Source: an uncultured Planctomycetaceae bacterium (lineage in GTDB: Bacteria; Planctomycetota; Phycisphaerae; SM23-33). From it: a stretch of DNA of 64,000 nt. The position numbers and the translations under genes are program-made. The notes beneath the pieces are model-generated. The model saw only the letters and a program-made list of their open reading frames with translations, made no database searches and was not told the DNA's origin. How positions within the stretch are numbered: position 1 is the stretch's first letter; every line of letters begins with the position of its first letter. The stretch spans positions 16,381-80,380 of the forward strand of contig CAYRZU010000004.1 of assembly GCA_964428895.1 (NCBI GenBank), read 5' to 3'. Shown here piece by piece: positions 8,525-16,993 of the stretch.

Positions 8525-9784
8525 ATGACAGCCGAGCACCCAACCGAGGACGCTCCTCCCCAACGCCTAGTCGATCTGAGCGGTCAGCAGATGCCCGACC
8601 TGATGGAGGATACCGAGACCGGCTCGCGCCCGATGCGCTTGCCAGCCACCTTGGGCGGCAGCTACCTGACCGCGGAGATTTCCGCCTCGGCCATTCGGAC
8701 CAACTTCACGGCGCTGCGCCAGCACCTGTCGCCCGGGACGGCCATCTGCGCGGTGGTCAAGGCCAACTGCTACGGCCACGGCACGGCCACGCTGCTGGGG
8801 CTGGTCGAGGAATTGGCTGACTGCGCCGGCGTGGCCACCCCGGAAGAGGCCCTCTACCTACGGCGGCTGGGCTACGAGCGGCCCATCCACATGTTCCTGC
8901 CCAGTTGCGCCTGGGCGACGGGCCAGGAACTGCACGAGGCGCTCGATTGCCTGATCGCCGAGGGCGTAATCCTGACCGTGGTGGCCCCGGACGAAGTGAC
9001 GGCCATCACCGAGGCCTCCAAGCGCGTCGGCGCACGGGCCGAAGCCCACGTGAAGATCGACTCGGGCATGGGGCGCGGCGGGGCACCGGCGGCCCAGGCC
9101 CCGGCCCTGGTCGAACTGGTGCGCCAGAGCGAGGCCATCCAACTGACGGGCCTCTATACCCACTTCGCCGTGGCCGATGACGCCGACAAGGCCTTCACCC
9201 GCGAACAGCTCGCCTGCTTCCTCGATACCGTCGGCCGCTGCGGCGGGCGCCAAGGCCTGTGCCTCCACGCCGCCAACAGCGCCGCCACGATCGACCTGCC
9301 CGAAAGCCATCTGGACATGGTTCGACCCGGCATCGCGCTGTACGGGTACCAACCCTCCGACGACATGCAGACCCATCTGGCGCTTCACCCCGCGATGCGC
9401 CTGACCGCCCAACTGATGCAGATCAAGACCGTCCCCGCCGGCAGCCGCTGCGGCTACGGGCTGACTTACCAGTTCAAGCATGACGCAACGGTCGGCCTCG
9501 TGCCGGTTGGCTACGCCGACGGTTATGACCGGGAGCTATCCAACCGCTCGACCATGCGCATCCGTGACATCGACGTGCCCATCCGCGGCCGCGTATCCAT
9601 GGACCAGGTCATTATCGACTTGACCGACGCGCCCGGCGCCGCCGTCGGCGACGAGGTCGAGATCGTCTCCCCCGACATCACCAACAGTCACAGCCTCGAG
9701 AACCTCGCGCGTCTGGCCGGCACGATTCCCTACGAACTATCCTGCCGCCTCGGCCGACGCGTCCGACGCGTGCTGATCGACTAG
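8525..9784 (+). CDS. alr: Alanine racemase
   Basis: AVVKANCYGHG is the PLP-lysine motif; the protein is full length with C-terminal beta-domain similarity. The start is ambiguous: 8525 if leaderless, or the internal ATG at 8633 (MRLPATLGGSY). Confidence 0.85.
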   Translation: MTAEHPTEDAPPQRLVDLSGQQMPDLMEDTETGSRPMRLPATLGGSYLTAEISASAIRTNFTALRQHLSPGTAICAVVKANCYGHGTATLLGLVEELADCAGVATPEEALYLRRLGYERPIHMFLPSCAWATGQELHEALDCLIAEGVILTVVAPDEVTAITEASKRVGARAEAHVKIDSGMGRGGAPAAQAPALVELVRQSEAIQLTGLYTHFAVADDADKAFTREQLACFLDTVGRCGGRQGLCLHAANSAATIDLPESHLDMVRPGIALYGYQPSDDMQTHLALHPAMRLTAQLMQIKTVPAGSRCGYGLTYQFKHDATVGLVPVGYADGYDRELSNRSTMRIRDIDVPIRGRVSMDQVIIDLTDAPGAAVGDEVEIVSPDITNSHSLENLARLAGTIPYELSCRLGRRVRRVLID

Positions 9785-9795
9785 TCGCGCAAGCA

Positions 9796-9824
9796 AAAGG
9801 GCCGATCTTATGGATCGGCCCTTT
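9796..9824. terminator. Bidirectional rho-independent terminator between convergent alr and the HtrA-like gene
   Basis: AAAGGGCCGATC-ttatg-GATCGGCCCTTT forms a perfect 12-bp stem with a 5-nt loop, an A-run on one side and a T-run on the other. Confidence 0.55.
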
Positions 9825-9845
9825 CCTCAGGCATTGAACAACCCC

Positions 9846-12110
9846 CTACTGCGTCGGCACGAGGGGTGGAATCTCGCCGGCGTCCATGGGGGCCGGGGCG
9901 GTGGTGGGCTCGTCCGGTTCGTCGGGAATCGTCACTGCCGGCTCGAGTTCGACCTGCACCACGCGCCCGCTGGTCATGCGCAGCACATCGAAGCGCAGCT
10001 CAGTCTGGCCGGCCACCAGGCGTTCGAAATCGGCCACGGTGTAGACGGGCTGATTGTTCACGTGGGTGATGATCTCATAAGGCTTGAGGCCCACGACGGA
10101 CGTCCGGCTGCCGGGCTCGATCTTGGAGGTCACCACGCCCGGATCCTCATCGGTCTTGCGAAAGTAGTGACGCAGTTCGAAGGTCAGGTCCTTGACGGTC
10201 AGGCCGAGCGGCTCGAACTCGAACTTCGGCGCCGACTCGTAATGTTTCGGCGATTCGACCACCTCAAAGCTCTTCTCGACAATCTCGCCGTCGACGAAGA
10301 ACTGGGCGGTGTAGGTCCGCCCGAAGCCCAGGTCCGTCAAGGAGCGCCGGAAGGTATTCTCGGCCGGCTCCCACGGCGGCGGCCAGGAGTCATAGTACTC
10401 CTCGGGCAGATCGCCCCACTTGGCCCACGGGAAGGGCCGGCCCCCTCCCCAGATGCTTTCGTCGGCGGTCGCCTCCAGGGGCTTGGGCTCGCCCTCGACG
10501 TCCAGGCGCAGCAGAACCCAGCCCAGTTGGACCCCCGCGGCGTCGGCCGGCGAGCCGGGATAAACGTAGGAGACAATCGCCCCGGTCTTGCCGTCGCGCG
10601 TCAGCTTGGATACACCGTTGGCCCTGGCCAATTCGCGCGTCATCCGCTGCAGCGATACGCCCATCCAGGCCAGGCGAGATTCCTGATCCTCGGTCAGCGG
10701 CACGTTGTTGGCGTCGAAAGCCGCGGCGACGTCTGCCCCGTCCAGCACAGCCGCCAGTTGGGCCGCCGCGGTCGTCCGCGGGCCTCGTCGGCCGCGGCTC
10801 TGTTGGATGCTCGTCTTGGGGCGATGGGCAATCGGCAAGGCCACCAGCGCGCCGTTGGCATCGAACAGGAACACGTTCGTCTCTTCGCCCGGGATGCCGG
10901 GGTAGATGTTCTCGCGCCAGCCCTTGTAGAAGCTCGTGATGCGGTTCCGCAGGAAGTACCCCACGCGGTTGTCTCCCTGGACCGTCACCTCGGCCATGAG
11001 GAGCAGTTGATTGTAGTGGTCGTGAATGTCGGCGGTATCCAGCGGCGCCGCATCCGGCAGTGGTTCGGCCGGCTCGGCCACCAGCGCGCCGTAATCGGCC
11101 AGCGACCCCACGAACGTCGCCTCGACCGGCTCGCCGTCGCTGCGATAGATGCGGATCCGCTCCAGTCGAGCGGTGATCTTGGGGCCCAGGTCGGCCAGCA
11201 CCAACAGACGCTTGGGGCCAATCAGCACGCCGACCACGTTCAGCTCCGTGCCGATCTGGCCCGAGCTGCCGTCATAACCGCCCGTCCTCTGGGCCTGCTT
11301 CTTGGGGCTGCGAAAGTTGAGGGCCACCCGCAGCAGCGACGCGTCCGCCCTCCGCTCCAACGTCGCCAACTGCTCGGTCATCTGCGGCTCGGCGACCCAG
11401 TCCCACTCAAGCGGCGAGCCCTTCCAGGAATCGTCCGGCGCGATTTCATGGCTGATCAGATACGCCACCGGCGCGCCGTCCTCGGCCACGATCAGCGCAT
11501 TGGCGTCAGCCACCTGAAATTCCCTCCCCGCCGCCGTCCGCGCCAATTGCGGCGAGAAACTCCCCACCCGCACCGTCCATTCGGCGTCGTAGAGGACGTA
11601 GTTGACCTTCATGTAAGGCCCTTCGGCGGCGGCATCGAACGCCAACGGCTCGGCGCCGGCCAGGGGCCGCTCCAGCTCGAGCAGGATCGCATCGCGGTCG
11701 ACGGCGTAGCCGGCCGGCGTAGCGGTCACGACGTCGTCGCCGAAGCGAACGCGGATCTCCTTGACGAACCGCGGGTGCAGGATCAGATCGCCCAGTACCA
11801 CCTGGGTCGGAGAAACCAGATAGCCGCGTGTCTCCAGGGGACGCTCCTGTTCGATGATCCCCACCCCGTATCGCTCATCGGTGCCGCCGTGGAAGACGGG
11901 CGAGTCGCCTTTGTCGTAGCGCAGCGTGTATTCGACCTGCACCAGCCCCGGCCGAACCGCCTCGGCCACCAGCCGCTTGGTTTCCAGCTTCGATGGCTCG
12001 TCGGCCTCGGCGTCCACGTCGGCTTCAGCCGACTCCTGCGCCCAAGCCGCCGGCGCCACCAGCAGCGCCACCAGCAACCACACCCACGTCACGTCTAACT
12101 GTTTCATCAC
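9846..12110 (-). CDS. Secreted HtrA-like protein with PDZ domain(s); catalytic Ser apparently lost (probable pseudo-protease)
   Basis: Signal peptide MMKQLDVTWVWLLVALLVAPAAWA. The segment YLVSPTQVVLGDLILH..DRDAILLELERPLAGAEPLAF is colinear with the His and Asp regions of the adjacent HtrA (VLISPTGEVVTNWHVV..DKDTDLALIQLALPAGGAALPF). The GNSGGP serine motif is replaced by ADANALIVAEDGAPVAYL. C-terminal PDZ-like segments are present. Confidence 0.5.
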   Translation of the reverse strand: MMKQLDVTWVWLLVALLVAPAAWAQESAEADVDAEADEPSKLETKRLVAEAVRPGLVQVEYTLRYDKGDSPVFHGGTDERYGVGIIEQERPLETRGYLVSPTQVVLGDLILHPRFVKEIRVRFGDDVVTATPAGYAVDRDAILLELERPLAGAEPLAFDAAAEGPYMKVNYVLYDAEWTVRVGSFSPQLARTAAGREFQVADANALIVAEDGAPVAYLISHEIAPDDSWKGSPLEWDWVAEPQMTEQLATLERRADASLLRVALNFRSPKKQAQRTGGYDGSSGQIGTELNVVGVLIGPKRLLVLADLGPKITARLERIRIYRSDGEPVEATFVGSLADYGALVAEPAEPLPDAAPLDTADIHDHYNQLLLMAEVTVQGDNRVGYFLRNRITSFYKGWRENIYPGIPGEETNVFLFDANGALVALPIAHRPKTSIQQSRGRRGPRTTAAAQLAAVLDGADVAAAFDANNVPLTEDQESRLAWMGVSLQRMTRELARANGVSKLTRDGKTGAIVSYVYPGSPADAAGVQLGWVLLRLDVEGEPKPLEATADESIWGGGRPFPWAKWGDLPEEYYDSWPPPWEPAENTFRRSLTDLGFGRTYTAQFFVDGEIVEKSFEVVESPKHYESAPKFEFEPLGLTVKDLTFELRHYFRKTDEDPGVVTSKIEPGSRTSVVGLKPYEIITHVNNQPVYTVADFERLVAGQTELRFDVLRMTSGRVVQVELEPAVTIPDEPDEPTTAPAPMDAGEIPPLVPTQ

Positions 12111-12144
12111 ACGCTCCTGCTGTCGGGCCTTGCCGGCCGAAAGG

Positions 12145-13590
12145 CTATTCCCGTTCGTAATCTCGCGAGAAGTCCAGCACGATCTGACGCATCAGACCGT
12201 TCCGCATGATCTGGAACAGAATGCGGTGCTTGCTGTCGATATTCGCGAGGGCTTCGGTGTAAATGGCTTCAACGTCCGCGAGGGTCTTGACGGGCTGACC
12301 CTCGATCTTCAGGATAATGTCCTGCGTCTCCAGTCCGGCGTTTCGAGCGTTGCCCGGGTATTTGACGCCGTAGATGAACACCCCTTCCTTGACGAAGTAG
12401 TGCAGGTCGCGGTTGTCGAACTGGTTGATCTGCTTGACCGTCATGTTCCAGCGCGGACAGTCCAGTTCCTCACCTTCGACCTGCCCCTTCTCGCGCAAGG
12501 TCAGGGCCAGATCCATCACCTCGCCGTTCCGGCGGACCGTCAGCGCCACCTCACCCTCTTTCGGCAGCAGCGCCAGCTTGCGCCGCACCGCGGGCAGGTC
12601 CTCGTCATGGACGGCGGAGACCGGCTCGCCGTTAACGGCCAGGATCCGATCGCGGGCCATCAGACCCGCCCGCCGGGCCGGGCTCTGCGGATCCGTGCCG
12701 GCCACGATCACGCCGTCGGCCCCGTCGAAGTACATGTCCCGGTTGAAATCCTTGAGCGGTTGAAGTTGCAGGCCCGTCCAGGACCAATTCACGTCGCCGT
12801 GCTCGCGGAGACGCCCCACAATCAACTGGACCGTCTCGCTCGGCACGGCAAAGCCCGTATCGCCCCCCCGCATGATGCCTCGCGTATTGATGCCGACGAT
12901 TTCGCCGTCGGTATTGACCAGCGGGCCCCCGGAGTTGCCCGGGCTGATGGCCGCATCGGTCTGCAACCACAGGCTGTACTCACTGTTGTCGACCAGGTAT
13001 CGCTTGGTGCAGGAGATGATACCGATCGAGACCGACCGGCTTAGCCCCCACGGGGCGCCCATCGCCATCACGAAGTCGCCCTCTTTCAGCGCAGCGGAAT
13101 CGCCCATCGTCGCGAACGGCAAGGCCGCGCCGCCCGCCGGCAGGGCCAACTGAATCAGCGCCAGATCCGTGTCCTTGTCCTTGCCGACCACGCGAGCGTC
13201 CATCGGTCGACCATCCGAAAGCAGGCAACGAATCTCCGTGGCCTTGTCGACCACGTGCCAGTTAGTCACCACCTCCCCGGTCGGTGAGATCAGCACGCCC
13301 GAGCCCAGGATCTCGGAGGTGATCTTCTTGCCGGACTGATGGCTTTCCCGCAGCACCTTGATGAATACCACCGCCGGAAAGACCTTGGCCTTGGCGGCCT
13401 GGACCGTCTGGCGGAAGTCCGGCGTGGCCCTCATCGCCGGAGGGGCTTCGGGGGGAAGATCCTGGGCCTCGACCACCACGTACTCCCCCGTCGGAGGCGC
13501 CAGGCTCGGCGCCACCACGGTCGTCTCGTCCTGACAGCCGGCTGCGCCGATCAACGCGATCCCACACAACAGTATCCATACGTATTTCAT
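12145..13590 (-). CDS. htrA: Periplasmic serine endoprotease DegP/HtrA family (trypsin-like domain plus two PDZ)
   Basis: The catalytic triad motifs are VVTNWHVV (His), DTDLALIQL (Asp) and GNSGGPLVN (Ser), followed by two PDZ-like regions. The start is placed at MKYVWILLCGIALIG (complement ATG at 13588..13590), which is preceded by the strong SD GAAGGAGAAG. The ORF track extends to 13623. Confidence 0.85.
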   Translation of the reverse strand: MKYVWILLCGIALIGAAGCQDETTVVAPSLAPPTGEYVVVEAQDLPPEAPPAMRATPDFRQTVQAAKAKVFPAVVFIKVLRESHQSGKKITSEILGSGVLISPTGEVVTNWHVVDKATEIRCLLSDGRPMDARVVGKDKDTDLALIQLALPAGGAALPFATMGDSAALKEGDFVMAMGAPWGLSRSVSIGIISCTKRYLVDNSEYSLWLQTDAAISPGNSGGPLVNTDGEIVGINTRGIMRGGDTGFAVPSETVQLIVGRLREHGDVNWSWTGLQLQPLKDFNRDMYFDGADGVIVAGTDPQSPARRAGLMARDRILAVNGEPVSAVHDEDLPAVRRKLALLPKEGEVALTVRRNGEVMDLALTLREKGQVEGEELDCPRWNMTVKQINQFDNRDLHYFVKEGVFIYGVKYPGNARNAGLETQDIILKIEGQPVKTLADVEAIYTEALANIDSKHRILFQIMRNGLMRQIVLDFSRDYERE

Positions 13591-13626
13591 CAGCCGCTTC
13601 TCCTTCGGCGCGTCTTCAAACAACCA

Positions 13627-14127
13627 CTACACCACGTCGCGGTTCTCATCTTCGTGCTCGCCGTGCTCGGCCTGAGAGCGGCCCTCGTCCTGCCGTTTGT
13701 GATTGATCTTCAACTTCTTCGCATACAGCCGATAGACGTCGTCGCACTCCATCCCCAGTAGCTGACAGATGCTGATCCAGAAGAACAGCATATCTGTCGC
13801 TTCCACACGAGCGTTCTGCAGGTCCTGGAGCTGGTACTGTCGCCCGGCTTTGGCCTCGGCGTACCAGTGCTTCCAGGACAAGCACTCCTGCAGCTCGTGG
13901 CACTCTGACGCCATCGCGTCGATGTAGTTCTTCAGCGCGCGCCCGATCGTGGTGCGCAGCTCGAGGTCATCACCGAGCCGCCCGTTCTGCTCGGCCTCGA
14001 GCAACTGCCGGCCCAGCCCCGCGGTATCATGGCCTGCCCGGGCATTGAGCATCGCCTGCAGGGGCCAGATGTCTTCCAACGCCGCCAACCCCGCCGCCGT
14101 GGTGTCCGCTCGTTCCGCCATGGGCAA
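13627..14127 (-). CDS. All-alpha NTP pyrophosphohydrolase of the dimeric dUTPase (dUTPase_2) family
   Basis: CHELQECLSWKHWY and EATDMLFFWISICQLL match the conserved blocks of dimeric dUTPases (C..E..E..s.WKHW and E.vD..hF). 166 aa. Confidence 0.5.
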   Translation of the reverse strand: MPMAERADTTAAGLAALEDIWPLQAMLNARAGHDTAGLGRQLLEAEQNGRLGDDLELRTTIGRALKNYIDAMASECHELQECLSWKHWYAEAKAGRQYQLQDLQNARVEATDMLFFWISICQLLGMECDDVYRLYAKKLKINHKRQDEGRSQAEHGEHEDENRDVV

Positions 14128-14314
14128 GCCCCTTCTATGCGCCGCGCCTCCGCGCGCGGCGGCCTGGGAAGTTGGGCGATTCTAGCCGCCCGGTGGGGGT
14201 TTCACAACACTGGCGGCTATCCGACCCGCTGGGGCCTACCGCCGTGTAACCGGGCCCGCGCGAATCGCCCAGGCCGAGCCCTATAAAGCAGCCGGCCCAC
14301 CAACGGGCCCGGGA

Positions 14315-14947
14315 GTGCGTGTTATGGATCATAATCCTGTTCTCGCCGAACTGATCCGCACCGGCGTCTTCACGGCGGGCAACCGCCGACTGCCCGTGAA
14401 GCACTGCATCCCCGCCGCGACCGGCGAAGCGCTCTACCGCGTCATCGTCACCAACGGCTTTACGCAATGCCTGGAGGTCGGCTGTCTGTTCGGCTACTCC
14501 ACGCTCTTCCTGGCCCAGGCCCTCAGCGAAACCGGCGGGCGGCTGACCGTGGTCGATATCGCCCCCGACCACGCCCTTCGCGCCGCCGCCGAGACCCATG
14601 TCCGCCAGGCCGGCTACGAGACCATCGTCGATTTCCGTTGGGGAGATTCCATGGCCATTCTGCCGGCGCTGACTGAGACCTACCAATTCGCCTTTATCGA
14701 CGCCGACCACCACTTCCCGGCTGTCATGGCCGACATCGTGCACGTCGACCGCTTGCTGACCGTCGGCGGCGTCATGGCCCTGGACGACGTGGGAATGGTC
14801 CAAGCGCCCCACGATTTCCTCGGCGGGGCCAGCCACGCCATGGCCCATCTGTTCGCGACCAACCGCTATCACATTCATGCGATCTCCGACAACGCCTGTC
14901 TCTGTCGAAAACTCCGCTCGCTCGACGAGCCGACTCCCGCACGATAG
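14315..14947 (+). CDS. Class I SAM-dependent O-methyltransferase (family 3, caffeoyl-CoA OMT-like)
   Basis: The protein has the SAM-binding G-rich region (VGCLFGYSTLFLAQ), an acidic loop (LTVVDIAPD) and FAFIDADHH (compare the DFVFIDADK motif of OMT family 3). Confidence 0.7.
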   Translation: MRVMDHNPVLAELIRTGVFTAGNRRLPVKHCIPAATGEALYRVIVTNGFTQCLEVGCLFGYSTLFLAQALSETGGRLTVVDIAPDHALRAAAETHVRQAGYETIVDFRWGDSMAILPALTETYQFAFIDADHHFPAVMADIVHVDRLLTVGGVMALDDVGMVQAPHDFLGGASHAMAHLFATNRYHIHAISDNACLCRKLRSLDEPTPAR

Positions 14948-14957
14948 AATGCCCGCC

Positions 14958-16832
14958 ATGAGCGGGTTCGCAGGCGAGTTTCTTTTTCAGCCAGGCCGAG
15001 CCGACCTCGACGTCGCTCGGAGCATGGCCGACCGGTTGGCCCATCGCGGGCCGGACCAGAGCGGAGAGTTTCTCTCCGCCGACGGACGCTGCGCCATCGC
15101 CACGCGCCGCCTGGCTGTCATCGATCCGACCGGCTCGGGCCAACCCATGACTACCGACGATGGGCTGGCCACGATCGCCCTCGACGGCGGAATCTACAAC
15201 TTCCGCGAACTGCGGCTGCAAATGCAGGCCATCGACATTCCCTTCACCACCGCTGGCGATACCGAAGTTCTCCTGCAACTGTACAAGCTCTACGACCACT
15301 GGGCCCTCGACCGCCTGACCGGCAAGTTTGCCTTCGCCTTTTATGACGCCGGCCAGACCCGACTTGTTCTGGCCCGTGACCCACTAGGCCAAAAACCTTT
15401 GTGGTATTCCTTCGGCATCGACCGCGTGATCTTCGCCTCCGAAGCCAAGGCCCTTCTGGCCCACCCGGACGTGTCGGCCGATATCCGTCGAATTTCCGTG
15501 CCGTTTTACTTGACAAACGGGTACATAAATAGTCCTGATTCTGCCTATTCGGATTCTGTTAAACTACTTCCAGGACATATGTTAGAGATTTCTGATCGCC
15601 CTGCACGCCCCGAGCCTTATTGGGAGCCGTCCTGGTTTAGCCTGCCCAGCGCCAAGCCACAGCGGATCGAGTTGATTCGCAGCCACTTGACCCGATCGGC
15701 CCGCCAGCGGCTGGTCGGAAATGTTCCCGTCGGCGCCCTCCTCAGCGGCGGTGTGTCCTCAGCCATCGTCACGGCGCTGATGGCCGAGCAGGCCGGCCGG
15801 GCCGGCGGCGTGAAGACCTTCACCATCGCCTTGGGCGATCGTGCGAATGAGGCCTTTGCCAACGCCCGCCGCGTGGCTGAATACGTCGGAACCGACCATA
15901 CCGAACTGATCGTCCAGCCAGATCCTGTCGGGATGCTGGACCGAATCCTCGATCTGCATGACGAGCCCTTCGCCGACCCGAACGCCCTACCGACCTACCT
16001 GATCTGCCGGGCTGCCCGCCAGCACATGACTGTCGCCCTCGCCGGCGACGGCGGCAATGTCGCCTTCGGCCGCTGCGACCGCTACCGCCTCCTCCACCAG
16101 GCTGACAACACCCGCCCATTCCAGTACATGTTCATCCGCCTGGGCGCCCTGCTGGCCAGGCCCTGGGCCAAGCGAAGCAGCCAATCGAAGCTCGCCCGGT
16201 TCATCCGTTTCGCCGAGATCCTGCCCCTGCCGCCGGCCCAGCAGTACTTCAAGACCCGGACGCTCTTTGACCCGGAGGATCTGGCCTTCCTGCTGGCTGA
16301 TGATTTCGCCGAATCATTGGACCTGGGCGCCCCCGCCGACTGGTTCGGCGAACTGTTCGAAGCCCCCGACGTCGACGACGAGATCACCCGCGCCCAATAC
16401 CACGACCTAGCCACCTACTTGCCCGACGACGTGCTGACCAACACCGACCTGGCCTCCATGGCCAATGGCCTTGAGCTGCGGGCGCCCATGCTCGACGCGC
16501 GGGTAATGCAGTTTGGGTTGTCCTTGCCGGTCGATGACAAGGCCCCCGGCGGGCATATCCTCCGCGAGACCTTTGCCGACATCCTCCCGGCTGAGACGCT
16601 CACCCGGCCGACGCACAGCTTCCAGGTCCCGTTGGCGGCATGGCTCCGTGGCGAGCTCGCCGATCAGATGCGTGAAACGCTGCTCGACCCGGCCGTCGCC
16701 GCCGCGAAGATCTTCCGCCCTGAAGCCCTCGAAGGCCTCATCAACGACCACCTTGACCAGACCGACGACCACGCCGACCGTCTGTGGGCGCTGATGGTGT
16801 TCTGTCGGTGGCTTCTCCGGCGTAATTCCTAG
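14958..16832 (+). CDS. Asparagine synthetase (AsnB) family amidotransferase paralog with Ser in place of the N-terminal Cys nucleophile
   Basis: Conserved blocks include IALDGGIYNF, DTEVLLQLY, GKFAFAFYDAGQTRLVLARDPLGQKPLWY and the PP-loop-like LSGGVSSAIV. The only in-frame start that matches the AsnB N-terminus is ATG at 14958, giving MSGFAG rather than MCGI. The tracked ORF extension (14877) has no homology. Confidence 0.7.
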   Translation: MSGFAGEFLFQPGRADLDVARSMADRLAHRGPDQSGEFLSADGRCAIATRRLAVIDPTGSGQPMTTDDGLATIALDGGIYNFRELRLQMQAIDIPFTTAGDTEVLLQLYKLYDHWALDRLTGKFAFAFYDAGQTRLVLARDPLGQKPLWYSFGIDRVIFASEAKALLAHPDVSADIRRISVPFYLTNGYINSPDSAYSDSVKLLPGHMLEISDRPARPEPYWEPSWFSLPSAKPQRIELIRSHLTRSARQRLVGNVPVGALLSGGVSSAIVTALMAEQAGRAGGVKTFTIALGDRANEAFANARRVAEYVGTDHTELIVQPDPVGMLDRILDLHDEPFADPNALPTYLICRAARQHMTVALAGDGGNVAFGRCDRYRLLHQADNTRPFQYMFIRLGALLARPWAKRSSQSKLARFIRFAEILPLPPAQQYFKTRTLFDPEDLAFLLADDFAESLDLGAPADWFGELFEAPDVDDEITRAQYHDLATYLPDDVLTNTDLASMANGLELRAPMLDARVMQFGLSLPVDDKAPGGHILRETFADILPAETLTRPTHSFQVPLAAWLRGELADQMRETLLDPAVAAAKIFRPEALEGLINDHLDQTDDHADRLWALMVFCRWLLRRNS

Positions 16833-16849
16833 CTGCAAATCTCTTCCGA

Positions 16850-16865
16850 TGTTCCACGTGGAACA
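16850..16865. promoter_or_regulatory. parS-like site 1 (TGTTCCACGTGGAACA)
   Basis: A perfect 16-bp palindrome that differs from the canonical parS (TGTTTCACGTGAAACA) at one symmetric position pair. It lies 129 bp upstream of the parB start. Confidence 0.65.
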
Positions 16866-16950
16866 CATCCCCCATTTTCGATTTTCGAATTGCGATTCTC
16901 GATTTCGGCAGATACCATTTTGAGGACATACGGACATCGTAAACCACGAT

Positions 16951-16966
16951 TGTTCCACGTGGAACA
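16951..16966. promoter_or_regulatory. parS-like site 2 (TGTTCCACGTGGAACA)
   Basis: An identical 16-bp palindrome 28 bp upstream of the parB ATG. It is separated from site 1 by an AT-rich segment with TCGATTT-type repeats. Confidence 0.65.
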
Positions 16967-16993
16967 GTCGATAACCGGGAACGGAGGCCCGAC

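Noticed and set aside
14128-14314. tRNA or other small RNA genes in the larger intergenic gaps (3567..3782, 14128..14314, 34183..34484, 40360..40561, 62588..62826).
   Set aside because: No GTTCRANYC T-loop or cloverleaf-compatible segments were seen. The gaps are better explained as promoter and terminator regions.
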